Assembly (NCBI GenBank): GCA_046484865.1
Contig: JAWOID010000055.1
Location: 1-15,258, forward strand
Direction: 5' to 3'
From: Candidatus Krumholzibacteriia bacterium
GTDB lineage: Bacteria > Krumholzibacteriota > Krumholzibacteriia > LZORAL124-64-63
DNA: 15,258 nucleotides
Each line of letters opens with the position of its first letter. Position 1 is the first letter of the stretch. Below are positions 6,749 to 15,258 of this stretch, one piece after another. The notes under the pieces are model-generated. The model ran no database searches. It was not told the origin of the DNA and saw nothing but the letters and a program-made list of their open reading frames with translations. Position numbers and translations under genes: made by a program.

Positions 6749-7279
6749 ATGACCGTACCGCGAATCGATGCCGTGGGCTTCTGCGCCCACTACTCGCCTC
6801 AGGGCGACTGGGCCTTCGACTATGCGTTGCACCTGGCGCAGAGCCGGGGGCTGAAGCTCAACGTCTTTCACTTCCTCGTCGACCCGTATGCCAGCGATGT
6901 CGCCGCCAGCCACCTCTACACCGATCGCCAGCTGGCGCGCATGGCCGCCGAGCGCGAGCGCGAGCTGCGATTCTACTACGACGAGCGCGCCGGCGACTTC
7001 CTCGAGGTGGGGTTCCGTCTCTGCTACGACGACAGCTGGCGCGAGCTGCACCGCTGCCTGGCCGAGCACGAGTTCCAGATCCTCGTGCTGGCGCAGCCCT
7101 CTCCCGAGGCGCGCTTCTGCCGCAAGTCCCTGAGCGGGTTCGCCGAGTCCTTCGTCTGTCCCGTGGTGCTGGTGGGCCCGGAGCGGCCCGACCAGTACCG
7201 TCTCAACGGCGGGGCGGCTCTCCTGGCGGACGGCCTGCACCTGCCCGAAAGCGGCTGGCAGCGGATCGAGGTGGCGTGA
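6749..7279 (+). CDS. Universal-stress-protein (USP)-like protein
   Basis: RBS GGAGG. The N-terminal pattern VGFCAHYSPQGDWAFDYALHLAQSRGLKLNVFHF and the C-terminal FAESFVCPVVLVGP mirror the USP fold (xxDFSxxSxxAxxxAxxLA...LxxxH; ..CPVLVV). Codon usage is strongly biased to G/C at the third position. Confidence 0.65.
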   Translation: MTVPRIDAVGFCAHYSPQGDWAFDYALHLAQSRGLKLNVFHFLVDPYASDVAASHLYTDRQLARMAAERERELRFYYDERAGDFLEVGFRLCYDDSWRELHRCLAEHEFQILVLAQPSPEARFCRKSLSGFAESFVCPVVLVGPERPDQYRLNGGAALLADGLHLPESGWQRIEVA

Positions 7280-7366
7280 GCCATGGCCTTGCCGCGACGG
7301 ACCGAAGAACTTTGGACCCTGATGCCCGGTCGACTACCTTTGCGACAGGAGCAGGCAGATCCGAAC

Positions 7367-8677
7367 ATGCCCGAAGACATCAGCCAGGTCATCTTCAACA
7401 GCATCAGCGATGGTGTGTTCACCGTCGATGACGACTGCATCATCACGTCTTTCAATCGCGCCGCCGAGCGGATCACCGGCTTTCGCGCGCGCGAAGCCGT
7501 CGGCAAGCACTGCTTCGACGTGTTCCGCACCGAGGTCTGCCACAAGCAGTGCGCGCTGAAAGACACCCTCGCCACCGCCGAGCCCGTCCAGAGCGCCCGG
7601 GTGACGATCATCACCCGCGACGAGCGCGAGGTGCCCATCAGCGTCACCACCACGCTGCTGCGGGACGACGCGGGGCGGGTGGTCGGGGCGGTGGAGTTCT
7701 TCCGCGACATCACCGAGCTGGAGGAGTTGCGGGAGAAGCTGGACCGCAAGCGCGGCCTGCACGACATCGTCAGCGGCAACAGCCAGATGCAGCAGGTGGT
7801 GTCACTGCTGCCGGACATCGCCGAATCCGAGTGCAACGTGCTCGTCGAGGGGCCCAGCGGCTGCGGCAAGGAGCTGGTGGCCCAGGTCATCCACAACCTG
7901 AGTCCGCGCCGCTACGGTCCGTACATCAAGATCAACTGCGCGGCCCTGCCGGCGCAGCTGCTGGAGTCGGAGCTGTTCGGCTACGAGAAGGGCGCCTTCA
8001 CCGACGCCAAGCGCAACAAGCCCGGACAGTTCGCGCTGGCGGCCGGCGGCACCCTGCTGCTGGACGAGATCAGCGACATGGACGTGTCGCTCCAGGTGAA
8101 GCTGCTGCGGGTGCTCAACAACGGCGAATATCAGCCCCTGGGCTCGACCCGCACGCTGCGCACCGACGCGCGGATCCTCGCCGCCACCAACGCCGACCTG
8201 CGGCGCCAGGTGCGCGAGGGACGCTTCCGCGAGGACCTCTATTACCGCATCAACGTGGTGAACCTGCGCATCCCTCCGCTGCGCGACCGGCCCGAGGACA
8301 TCCCGCTGCTGGTGAACCACTTCCTCGCCCAGTTCCGTGCTCGCCGCGGCAAGGGCATCGTCGAGGTGGCACCGGCCGCCATGGCGGCGCTGCGGCGGTA
8401 TCCGTTCCCCGGCAACATCCGGGAGCTGGAGAATGCCATCGAGCACGCGTTCGTGATGTGCCACGGCGAGAGCATCGAGCTGGAACATCTGCCGGAGCAA
8501 CTCGTCACCCAGGCCCTGGCGGTCGACGGGGTGGTCTTCCGGCCGGAGAACGAACGCGCCGTGATCGAGCAAGCGCTGGAGCGCAACCGCGGCAACCGGG
8601 CACGGACGGCGGCCGAGCTGGGAATGCACCGCTCCACCCTCTGGCGGAAACTCAAGTCCCTGGGCATCGCGCCGTGA
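7367..8677 (+). CDS. Sigma-54 enhancer-binding activator, PAS-AAA+-Fis HTH (OrpR-like, three-Cys PAS)
   Basis: PAS: SISDGVFTVD...FNRAAERITG...C-x8-C-x3-C. Walker A GPSGCGKE, ESELFG, GAFTDA, Walker B LLLDEI, FREDLYYRINV, PGNIRELEN, HTH AAELGMHRSTLWRKL. An alternative start lies at 7283. Confidence 0.92.
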   Translation: MPEDISQVIFNSISDGVFTVDDDCIITSFNRAAERITGFRAREAVGKHCFDVFRTEVCHKQCALKDTLATAEPVQSARVTIITRDEREVPISVTTTLLRDDAGRVVGAVEFFRDITELEELREKLDRKRGLHDIVSGNSQMQQVVSLLPDIAESECNVLVEGPSGCGKELVAQVIHNLSPRRYGPYIKINCAALPAQLLESELFGYEKGAFTDAKRNKPGQFALAAGGTLLLDEISDMDVSLQVKLLRVLNNGEYQPLGSTRTLRTDARILAATNADLRRQVREGRFREDLYYRINVVNLRIPPLRDRPEDIPLLVNHFLAQFRARRGKGIVEVAPAAMAALRRYPFPGNIRELENAIEHAFVMCHGESIELEHLPEQLVTQALAVDGVVFRPENERAVIEQALERNRGNRARTAAELGMHRSTLWRKLKSLGIAP

Positions 8678-9168
8678 CCGACCTCGTTCTCGTTCCCATC
8701 GGGTTGATCCGCTCGCCGTTCACCACTCCCCGCGGAACTCCCATCCAGTCCTCGAGCGCCGCCGGAGCGCCGGGGACGGTGGTGGTGGAGGCGGCCTACG
8801 TCGACGCGCTGGCCGATCTCGCCGGTTTCGAGCGGATCTGGCTGGTCTATCACTTCCACCGCGCCCCCGCGTGGCGCCCCCGCGTGGTCCCGTTCCGCGA
8901 TCGCGAGGAACGGGGGCTGTTCGCCACCCGGGCTCCCGCGCGACCCAACCCGGTGGGGCTCTCGGTGGTGGAACTGCGGGAGATCCGTGGCAACGAGGTG
9001 TCGGTCCGTGGTATCGACGTCCTCGATGGTACGCCGCTGCTGGACATCAAGCCCTACGTGCCCGAGTTCGACGCCTGGCCGGACGCCCGGGCGGGCTGGC
9101 TCGACAGCCGCCGGAGCGACCGCCGGACGGCCGACGACCGCTTCGCCCCGGAGCCGTCCGGGGAGTGA
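8674..9168 (+). CDS. tsaA: TrmO/TsaA (YaeB/AF0241) family SAM-binding protein, putative tRNA m6t6A37 methyltransferase
   Basis: GTG overlaps the activator stop (GTGA). Motifs PIGLIRSPF, L.GFERIWLVYHFH, GLFATRAPARPNPVGLS and GIDVLDGTPLLDIKPY. Short form, 164 aa. Confidence 0.88.
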   Translation: MTDLVLVPIGLIRSPFTTPRGTPIQSSSAAGAPGTVVVEAAYVDALADLAGFERIWLVYHFHRAPAWRPRVVPFRDREERGLFATRAPARPNPVGLSVVELREIRGNEVSVRGIDVLDGTPLLDIKPYVPEFDAWPDARAGWLDSRRSDRRTADDRFAPEPSGE

Positions 9169-9235
9169 CGTCGACCGGCAGACGCCAGCAAGCCCCGAGG
9201 TTCGCGGCTGTCGCTGTCGTCAACCTGCGCGGTCA

Positions 9236-9682
9236 TCAACCTGGTCGCGGTCGCTGCGCCGCGGCTGCCCGGCGGCGCAGGAATCGCGCCTCGGCCCGGG
9301 CGAGCAGCTTCCCGTCGAGCATCAGTTCCGCTTCGAGCCGGAACAGGGGCGGCCGCGAGGCCGTCAGCCGCGCGGCCAGATCCAGCCGGGCGTCGCAGGG
9401 CACCGGCGCCAGGTACCGCACGCGCAGATCCGCGGTCAACCCCGCCACCCCGTGCAGGGAAAGGCAATGGGTCATGGCGGCGTCCAGCAGAGACGCCACG
9501 ACCCCGCCATGGAGGATGCCGCGGTAGCCCTGCAGGTGCGGTTGCGCCTGCCAGCGGGTCGTCACGCCGCCGTCGGTGTCGGGTGTGAACCGCAGCCCCA
9601 GCGAGCGGGGATTCTCGAACCCGCACATCACGCAGCGCTCGTGATCGTCCGGCGGGGCGCAGACCCTCTGCTCAGTGGTCAC
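9236..9682 (-). CDS. PaaI-family hot-dog thioesterase
   Basis: HERCVMCGFENPRSLGL, QGYRGILHGGVVASLLDAAM, TADLRVRYLAPVP. The GTG start overlaps the upstream gene end. Confidence 0.88.
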   Translation of the reverse strand: MTTEQRVCAPPDDHERCVMCGFENPRSLGLRFTPDTDGGVTTRWQAQPHLQGYRGILHGGVVASLLDAAMTHCLSLHGVAGLTADLRVRYLAPVPCDARLDLAARLTASRPPLFRLEAELMLDGKLLARAEARFLRRRAAAAQRPRPG

Positions 9683-10010
9683 AGACGTTCGCCCCCAGCG
9701 CCAGGGTTCCCTTCAGGAAACCGGTCACCAGTTCCTCCGGCGAGCCGGCGGATGCGCCCACCAGGACGCGGATGCGCTGGGCGGCGAACAGATCCTGTGC
9801 TCGCTGCCCCATGCCGCCGGCGATGATCACGTCCACGCCTTGACCGGCCAGCCATGGCGGCAGCAGCCCCGGCTGGTGGGGCGGGGCGGGCACGTCCCGG
9901 CGGTCGACGATGGTCGCGGCCGTCGGGTCCACGTCCACGAGCGCGAAGCTCTCGCAGTGGCCGAAGTGGAGGGCCATCCGGCCGGCGGCCACGGGAACGG
10001 CGATCCTCAT
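9672..10010 (-). CDS. NifB/NifX-family Mo/Fe cluster-binding protein (HFGHC...CDH type)
   Basis: This is the C-terminal part of ORF 9672..10766. ATG at 10010 with GGAGG upstream. MRIAVPVAAGRMALHFGHCESF...PPHQPGLLPPWL...VIIAGGMGQRA...GANVCDH. Confidence 0.88.
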   Translation of the reverse strand: MRIAVPVAAGRMALHFGHCESFALVDVDPTAATIVDRRDVPAPPHQPGLLPPWLAGQGVDVIIAGGMGQRAQDLFAAQRIRVLVGASAGSPEELVTGFLKGTLALGANVCDH

Positions 10011-10093
10011 CTGCTTCCTCCCGAACGTTGCTTCTCGATCGGATATCCGTCCGTGTCGACGTGGTCGGCGGGACGGTGCTCGTCTTGCTTGGC

Positions 10094-10996
10094 TCATCGG
10101 AGCGGTGCTCCGGCGGCGATGGAGGCGGCGAGTTCCTGCCACAGTCGCCGGATGTCCGTGGCGGCGGCGGCGTCCGTCTCGACCACCGTGCGCTCCTGCA
10201 CCTGGGCGGAGGTGACGGCGTGGTCGTAGCGGATGCGGCCGACGACCTTGGCGCCGGACACTCTCGCCAGGTTCTCCACTTGCTCGGTCAGGGCCGGGTC
10301 CAGGTCCCACTTGTTGACGCAGACCGCGGTCGGGATGGAGAAGTGGCGCGTGAGGTCGAGCACCCGCGCCAGGTCGTGCTCGCCGGAGACGGTCGGCTCG
10401 GTGACCACCAGCACCTGCGTGGCTCCGGTCAGGCTGGCGATCACCGGACAGCCGATTCCCGGCGGGCCGTCCACCAGCACGAGCCCCCGTCCGTGGATCT
10501 CCGCCAGCCGCCGCGCCTCGCGCCTGACCGTGGCCACCAGCTTGCCCGAGTTCTCCGCCGCCACCCCCAGCCTTGCGTGCACCAGCGGGCCGCAGCGCGT
10601 CTCGGAGATCATCCATTCGCCGCAACGCCGCACCGGGAAGTCGATGGCCTCCGCGGGACAGAAGCGCACGCAGACGCCGCATCCCTCGCAGGCCACCGGG
10701 TCCACCTGGAAGCGCGGCAGCCCATCCATCGATCCGGTCCAGGGGACGATGGCGCCGAAGCGGCAACGCTCGTGGCAGATGCCGCAGCCGTCGCAGTCTT
10801 CGAGGCGAACGACCGCCTCGTTGCCGCTGAAGAACTCGTGCCGTTCCAGCACGCGGGGCGCGAGGATCAGGTGCAGGTCGGCCGCGTCCACGTCGCAGTC
10901 GGCGATCACGGCGTTGTCCGCCAGCACCGCCAGCGAGGCCGTCAGGCTCGTCTTGCCGGTCCCTCCCTTGCCGCTGATCACCACCAGTTCGTGCAC
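10094..10996 (-). CDS. MinD/Mrp-like P-loop ATPase with inserted 2x[4Fe-4S] ferredoxin domain (ORP-cluster ATPase)
   Basis: GTG at 10996 (RBS GGAGG 8 nt upstream; alternative GTG at 11002). SGKGGTGKT, DCDVDAADL, CDGCGICHERC, CEGCGVCVRFCP, ENSGKLV, DGPPGIGCPV, VTEPT.SG.HDL. Confidence 0.9.
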   Translation of the reverse strand: MHELVVISGKGGTGKTSLTASLAVLADNAVIADCDVDAADLHLILAPRVLERHEFFSGNEAVVRLEDCDGCGICHERCRFGAIVPWTGSMDGLPRFQVDPVACEGCGVCVRFCPAEAIDFPVRRCGEWMISETRCGPLVHARLGVAAENSGKLVATVRREARRLAEIHGRGLVLVDGPPGIGCPVIASLTGATQVLVVTEPTVSGEHDLARVLDLTRHFSIPTAVCVNKWDLDPALTEQVENLARVSGAKVVGRIRYDHAVTSAQVQERTVVETDAAAATDIRRLWQELAASIAAGAPLR

Positions 10997-10998
10997 CT

Positions 10999-11892
10999 TC
11001 ACGTCCTCCGCGATCCGTTCGCGAACGCTGCCGGGAACGCTCGGCACGCGTCCGCCAGACGGACGAAGTGGGGCCTGAACTCCGGCAGCGCCTCCCACAG
11101 CGGACGCCCCCGGGCGTAGGCCTCGGCGATGCGGCGATCGTCCGGGATCTCCAGCAGGATGGGCAACTCCTCGCGCGCGCAGTAGTCGTGCACGCGCCGG
11201 TCGCCCACGCCGACGCGGTTGATCACCACGGCGCACGGCAATTCCAGGGCCCGCACCATGGCCACGGCCAGGGTGAGGTCGTGCAGTCCGAAAGGCGTGG
11301 GCTCGGTGACCAGCAGCGCCAGGTCCGCGTCGCGCAGAGCGGCCACCACGGGACAGGACGTGCCCGGCGGAGCGTCCACCACCACCGTCGCCTCCGGGCC
11401 GGTGGTGTCCGGGCCGGTGGTGTCGGGGCCGGTGTTCGCGCGCACGGCCCGGATCAGGGGCGGCGCCGAAGCGACGCCGATGTCCAGGCGACCTTCCACC
11501 AGATCGATGCCACCGGCGTCGACGGTCGTGATCAGGCCGATGCGCCGGCCCACCTCGTGGATGGCGCCCTGGGGGCAGATCGCGGCGCAGCCGCCACAGC
11601 CGTGGCACAGTTCGGCGAAGACCAGCGGCTCGGTGCCGAACGACGCCAGCGCGTTGTAGGCGCAGAATCGCGCACAGTCGCCACAGGCGGCGCAGAGTTC
11701 GCCGTCCACCGACGGCACCGGGATGGTCACCACCTCCTCGCGAACCGGGCTGCCCGCCAGGAAGAGCCGCGCATTGGGCGCTTCCACGTCGCAGTCCAGG
11801 AGCCGCACTTCCGGTGCGAGGGCGCGGGCGAGGTTCACGGCGACGGTGGTCTTGCCGGTGCCGCCCTTGCCGGACGCGACGGCGATGATCAC
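10999..11892 (-). CDS. MinD/Mrp-like P-loop ATPase with inserted 2x[4Fe-4S] ferredoxin domain (ORP-cluster ATPase paralog)
   Basis: GTG start giving (M)IIAVASGKGGTGKTT. DCDVEAPN, CAACGDCARFC, CHGCGGCAAICP, DAPPGTSCPV, VTEPTPFGLHDL. Confidence 0.9.
   Translation of the reverse strand: MIIAVASGKGGTGKTTVAVNLARALAPEVRLLDCDVEAPNARLFLAGSPVREEVVTIPVPSVDGELCAACGDCARFCAYNALASFGTEPLVFAELCHGCGGCAAICPQGAIHEVGRRIGLITTVDAGGIDLVEGRLDIGVASAPPLIRAVRANTGPDTTGPDTTGPEATVVVDAPPGTSCPVVAALRDADLALLVTEPTPFGLHDLTLAVAMVRALELPCAVVINRVGVGDRRVHDYCAREELPILLEIPDDRRIAEAYARGRPLWEALPEFRPHFVRLADACRAFPAAFANGSRRT
11393..11437. repeat. In-frame 15-bp tandem repeat (3 copies) encoding TGPDT
   Basis: TCCGGGCCGGTGGTG twice plus TCGGGGCCGGTGTTC. 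The protein reads NTGPDTTGPDTTGPEAT. Confidence 0.8.
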
Positions 11893-11917
11893 GACCGCAC
11901 CTGGCTCCGGGTCGCGG

Positions 11918-12280
11918 TCATTGCCAGTGACCCGGAACATCAGCCGCCGCCGCGGGCTCGAGCGTCCCCGCCCGGAATGCAGCGAGCGCCGCGGCGACGG
12001 TGGGGGCACCAGTGGTGTACACGTGGACGCCGGCAGCCGACAGCACCTGGTAGGCCTTGGGGCCGCAGTGGCCAGTGACCAGCGCGGCCACGCCTTGCTG
12101 CGCCACGAGCTGGGCCGCCTGGATGCCCGCTCCCTGGGCGGCCGCCAGGTTCTGTCCATTGTCCACCACCTCGAAGGTGTCCTCGTCCAGGTCGTAGATC
12201 AGAAACCGGGCGGCGCGTCCGAAGCGGCTGTCGAGCGGCGCGCTCAGGTTCTTGCCCGCCGTGGTGAAGGCGATCTTCAT
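11918..12280 (-). CDS. Orange protein (ORP)-like NifB/NifX-family protein
   Basis: MKIAFTTAG...LDSRFGRAARF...DN...GAGIQAAQ...LVTGHCGPKAYQVL. The DxRFGRA, GAGIxAAQ and TGxxGPKA motifs are typical of Desulfovibrio ORP and MTH1175-type proteins. RBS GGAGGAG and ATGA overlap with the upstream gene. Confidence 0.88.
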   Translation of the reverse strand: MKIAFTTAGKNLSAPLDSRFGRAARFLIYDLDEDTFEVVDNGQNLAAAQGAGIQAAQLVAQQGVAALVTGHCGPKAYQVLSAAGVHVYTTGAPTVAAALAAFRAGTLEPAAAADVPGHWQ

Positions 12281-12690
12281 CGGTCGTTCTCCTCCCCGGT
12301 GGCCTCAGCCAGCTGACGCTGGACGGCTTCGAGTTCCTGTCGCAGCGCCTGCACCTGCTGCTGCAACTCCTCACGGGTGACCGCTCCCGGCTCGAGGGCC
12401 GGAAGCCTGCCGCCGGCGACGGCGGAGCGGTCGTCGCCCCACCAGCCGCCGCCGCGTCCCCATCCGGAACCTCCGCCCCGGCCCCATCCGAAACCTCCGC
12501 CCCAGCCGGCGCCCCGACCCTGACCGTAGTTGCCGGCGCGGCCCCAGCCGCGACCGCGGCCGCCGACCCAGCCCCCGGCTCCCCGGCCGCCGAGGGTCCA
12601 TCCCGGGGCATTTCCGCCCCTGCAGTAACCGGCGCCGCGGCCGGTCAACGGCCCCTGACCCAGGGGTCCGGTACGATCTCCGCCTGGCAT
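12277..12690 (-). CDS. DUF5320-family Gly/Arg-rich protein with C-terminal coiled coil
   Basis: Signature MPGGDRTGPLGQGPLTGRGAGYC, a G/R/W-rich middle and an EELQQQVQALRQELEAVQRQLAE coil. RBS AAGGAGGT. Confidence 0.85.
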   Translation of the reverse strand: MPGGDRTGPLGQGPLTGRGAGYCRGGNAPGWTLGGRGAGGWVGGRGRGWGRAGNYGQGRGAGWGGGFGWGRGGGSGWGRGGGWWGDDRSAVAGGRLPALEPGAVTREELQQQVQALRQELEAVQRQLAEATGEENDR

Positions 12691-12768
12691 GGCGACCTCC
12701 TTCTCCAGATCAGATGAGACACCTTCTACAGATCGAGCACCGGCGCCTCAGGCGCTCGTAAGCGCGCC

Positions 12769-13506
12769 TCAAGCGCGCGTGAGCCTGGCTCCGCACCGAG
12801 GGCAGGTCTGGTCCAGACACGGCTCGCCCCGGCGATGCGGTGCCTCGAACTCGCAGGCCGGGCAGCGGCAACGTCCGCCCGGCCCCGCCCCGGCTCGACC
12901 ACCGCCACCCCTCCCACCGGCTGCCTCTGCCTGACCTCCGGCCCCGCCAGCCCCGCGGCCTGCCCCGCGGCCGGCCCCGCCAGCCCCGGCGCTCCCGCCA
13001 GCCCCGCGGCCTGCGCCGCGGCCGGCCCCGCCAGCTCCGGCGCTCCCGCCAGCCCCGCGGCCTGCGCCGCGGCCCGCGCCGCGCCCGGAGCCGCGACGGC
13101 CACCCTGTCCCTCGGCAACCATGTCCATTCCTCTCTGTGGCCCGGCAGCCGCCCCGCGCCCGCGCCCGGATCGGCGGCAGCACCCCGGCATCGCGAAGGT
13201 GCCGCCATCGAGCCGGTCCTCGCGCCAGGCAGCCACCACGTCGTCCAGATCGCCCGTGGTGAAGGGGACCACGCGGATCCCGCTGTCTCCCAGCATCATC
13301 TGCAGCGGCCCGGAGATGGCGCCGCAGACGAGGATGTCCACGTTCAACTCCATCAACCGCAGCACCTTGAGCACCGGCAGGTCGTCGGGCAGTTCGATCT
13401 CGACCCCGTTCGAGGCGGGCTCGCCGCTCTCCACCAGGCGGATGCGTCGAGCCACGTCGAAGAGCGGGGCGATCCGTTTCTCCCAGGTCGCAAACGCTGC
13501 TCTCAT
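12769..13506 (-). CDS. NifB/NifX-like domain + MPGCC + Gly-rich linker + C-terminal Cys-rich zinc-ribbon-like domain
   Basis: MRAAFATWEKRIAPLFDVA...VDILVCGAIS...PFTTGD...FAMPGCC, then GAGR repeats, then GPGGRCRCPAC..PHRRGEPC...CPRCG. The start at 13506 lies downstream of the sigma-54 promoter. Confidence 0.82.
   Translation of the reverse strand: MRAAFATWEKRIAPLFDVARRIRLVESGEPASNGVEIELPDDLPVLKVLRLMELNVDILVCGAISGPLQMMLGDSGIRVVPFTTGDLDDVVAAWREDRLDGGTFAMPGCCRRSGRGRGAAAGPQRGMDMVAEGQGGRRGSGRGAGRGAGRGAGGSAGAGGAGRGAGRGAGGSAGAGGAGRGAGRGAGGAGGQAEAAGGRGGGGRAGAGPGGRCRCPACEFEAPHRRGEPCLDQTCPRCGARLTRA
12943..13074. repeat. In-frame 51-bp tandem repeat (~2.6 copies)
   Basis: The unit CCCGCCAGCCCCGCGGCCTG(C/G)... 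starts at 12943, 12994 and 13045 and encodes GAGRGAGRGAGGSAGAG. Confidence 0.85.
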
Positions 13507-13543
13507 GCTCCGACGTCCCGTGTCACGGTACGCCCCTGTTACT

Positions 13544-13558
13544 GCATGGAACGGGCCA
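13544..13558 (-). promoter_or_regulatory. Sigma-54 (-24/-12) promoter of the ORP-like operon
   Basis: The minus strand reads TGGCCCG-TTCC-ATGC(A), with GG-N10-GC spacing, 37 nt upstream of the ATG at 13506. Confidence 0.7.
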
Positions 13559-13642
13559 CGTGCCAGGCAGACCGGGAGGATCTCCAACGTGCACGTAGAC
13601 AGCAGGTTGAGTCGATGGACGAGGAGGCCGTCTCGAAACTAG

Positions 13643-13687
13643 GGTCGCATTGATGCGACCATGTCACGAGAATGAGTCGCGAATCTG

Positions 13688-13691
<4 letters not shown>
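13643..13691. promoter_or_regulatory. Tandem candidate bEBP binding sites (UAS)
   Basis: Perfect palindrome GGTCGCAT-TG-ATGCGACC at 13643-13660 and imperfect GTCGC-N6-GCTAC at 13676-13691. The centres are 32 bp apart, about 120 and 150 bp upstream of the predicted start site. Confidence 0.65.
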
Positions 13692-15049
<1,358 letters not shown>

Positions 15050-15058
15050 GGTCCCGTG

Positions 15059-15067
15059 AATATACCA
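15059..15067 (-). promoter_or_regulatory. Candidate extended -10 housekeeping promoter
   Basis: The minus strand reads TG-G-TATATT, 9 nt upstream of the ATG at 15049. It is a conspicuous AT-rich hexamer in GC-rich DNA. Confidence 0.5.
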
Positions 15068-15258
15068 CGTTATGGATCGACTGTTGTGCTTGGCGCGAAA
15101 GATGCCTGATGGAGGGCATGAGGCACTACCATCAGGTTCCCCGCGAGTGGCAGCCTCCCTTTTGCCCAAATTCCAACTGCAACAGGCATAAAGGGTTCGT
15201 CGGCCGGGACGGTTTCCGGCGCATGGGCTACTACACCTCCCTGTGCAATCCGAAGCCT

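Noticed and set aside
9169..9235. Intrinsic terminator between the convergent tsaA and thioesterase genes
   Set aside because: No convincing stem followed by a poly-T tract on either strand.
3746..12280. Selenocysteine readthrough at TGA stops of Cys-rich genes
   Set aside because: The TGA codons fall at expected family C-termini, often overlapping the next start, and none sits at a conserved Cys position.
12943..13074. Tandem repeats as a CRISPR array
   Set aside because: There are no unique spacers and no cas genes. The repeats are in-frame multiples of 3 within a Gly-rich linker.
9672..13506. Nitrogen fixation, or ParA/MinD partition and division genes
   Set aside because: There is no nifHDK/ENB, parB or minCE. 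The ferredoxin-inserted ATPase pair with NifX-fold proteins matches ORP-type clusters.
13551..13565. TGGCACG on the minus strand as a -24 box
   Set aside because: There is no GC at the matching -12 position. The overlapping TGGCCCG-N4-ATGC fits the spacing instead.

Overview
High-GC (about 70% by eye) bacterial DNA, probably from an anaerobe or facultative anaerobe, densely coding and organised as three sigma-54 (RpoN) transcription units plus a regulator. (1) A leftward four-gene operon (5188->206) encodes an Hmc/DsrMK(J)OP-like transmembrane electron conduit: a DsrK/HmcF-type CCG Fe-S protein, a NarI/DsrM/HmcE-type cytochrome b, an HybA/HmcB/DsrO-type 4x[4Fe-4S] protein with no Tat signal, and an NrfD/HybB/HmcC membrane protein fused to a six-CxxCH cytochrome c3-like domain. 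(2) A divergent rightward operon (5677->9168) encodes a NifB/NifX-DUF1847 fusion, a USP-like protein, a Cys-PAS sigma-54 activator and a TrmO/TsaA-like protein. (3) A leftward orange-protein (ORP)-type operon (13506->9236) encodes three more NifB/NifX-family proteins, DUF5320, two ferredoxin-containing MinD/Mrp-like ATPases and a PaaI thioesterase. A second Cys-PAS (OrpR-like) sigma-54 activator lies upstream of it. Three correctly spaced -24/-12 promoters and candidate enhancer palindromes are visible. The window begins with the 3' end of a phytoene-dehydrogenase-like FAD oxidoreductase. I found no RNA genes, CRISPR arrays or mobile elements. All family calls come from motif recognition by eye, not database searches.
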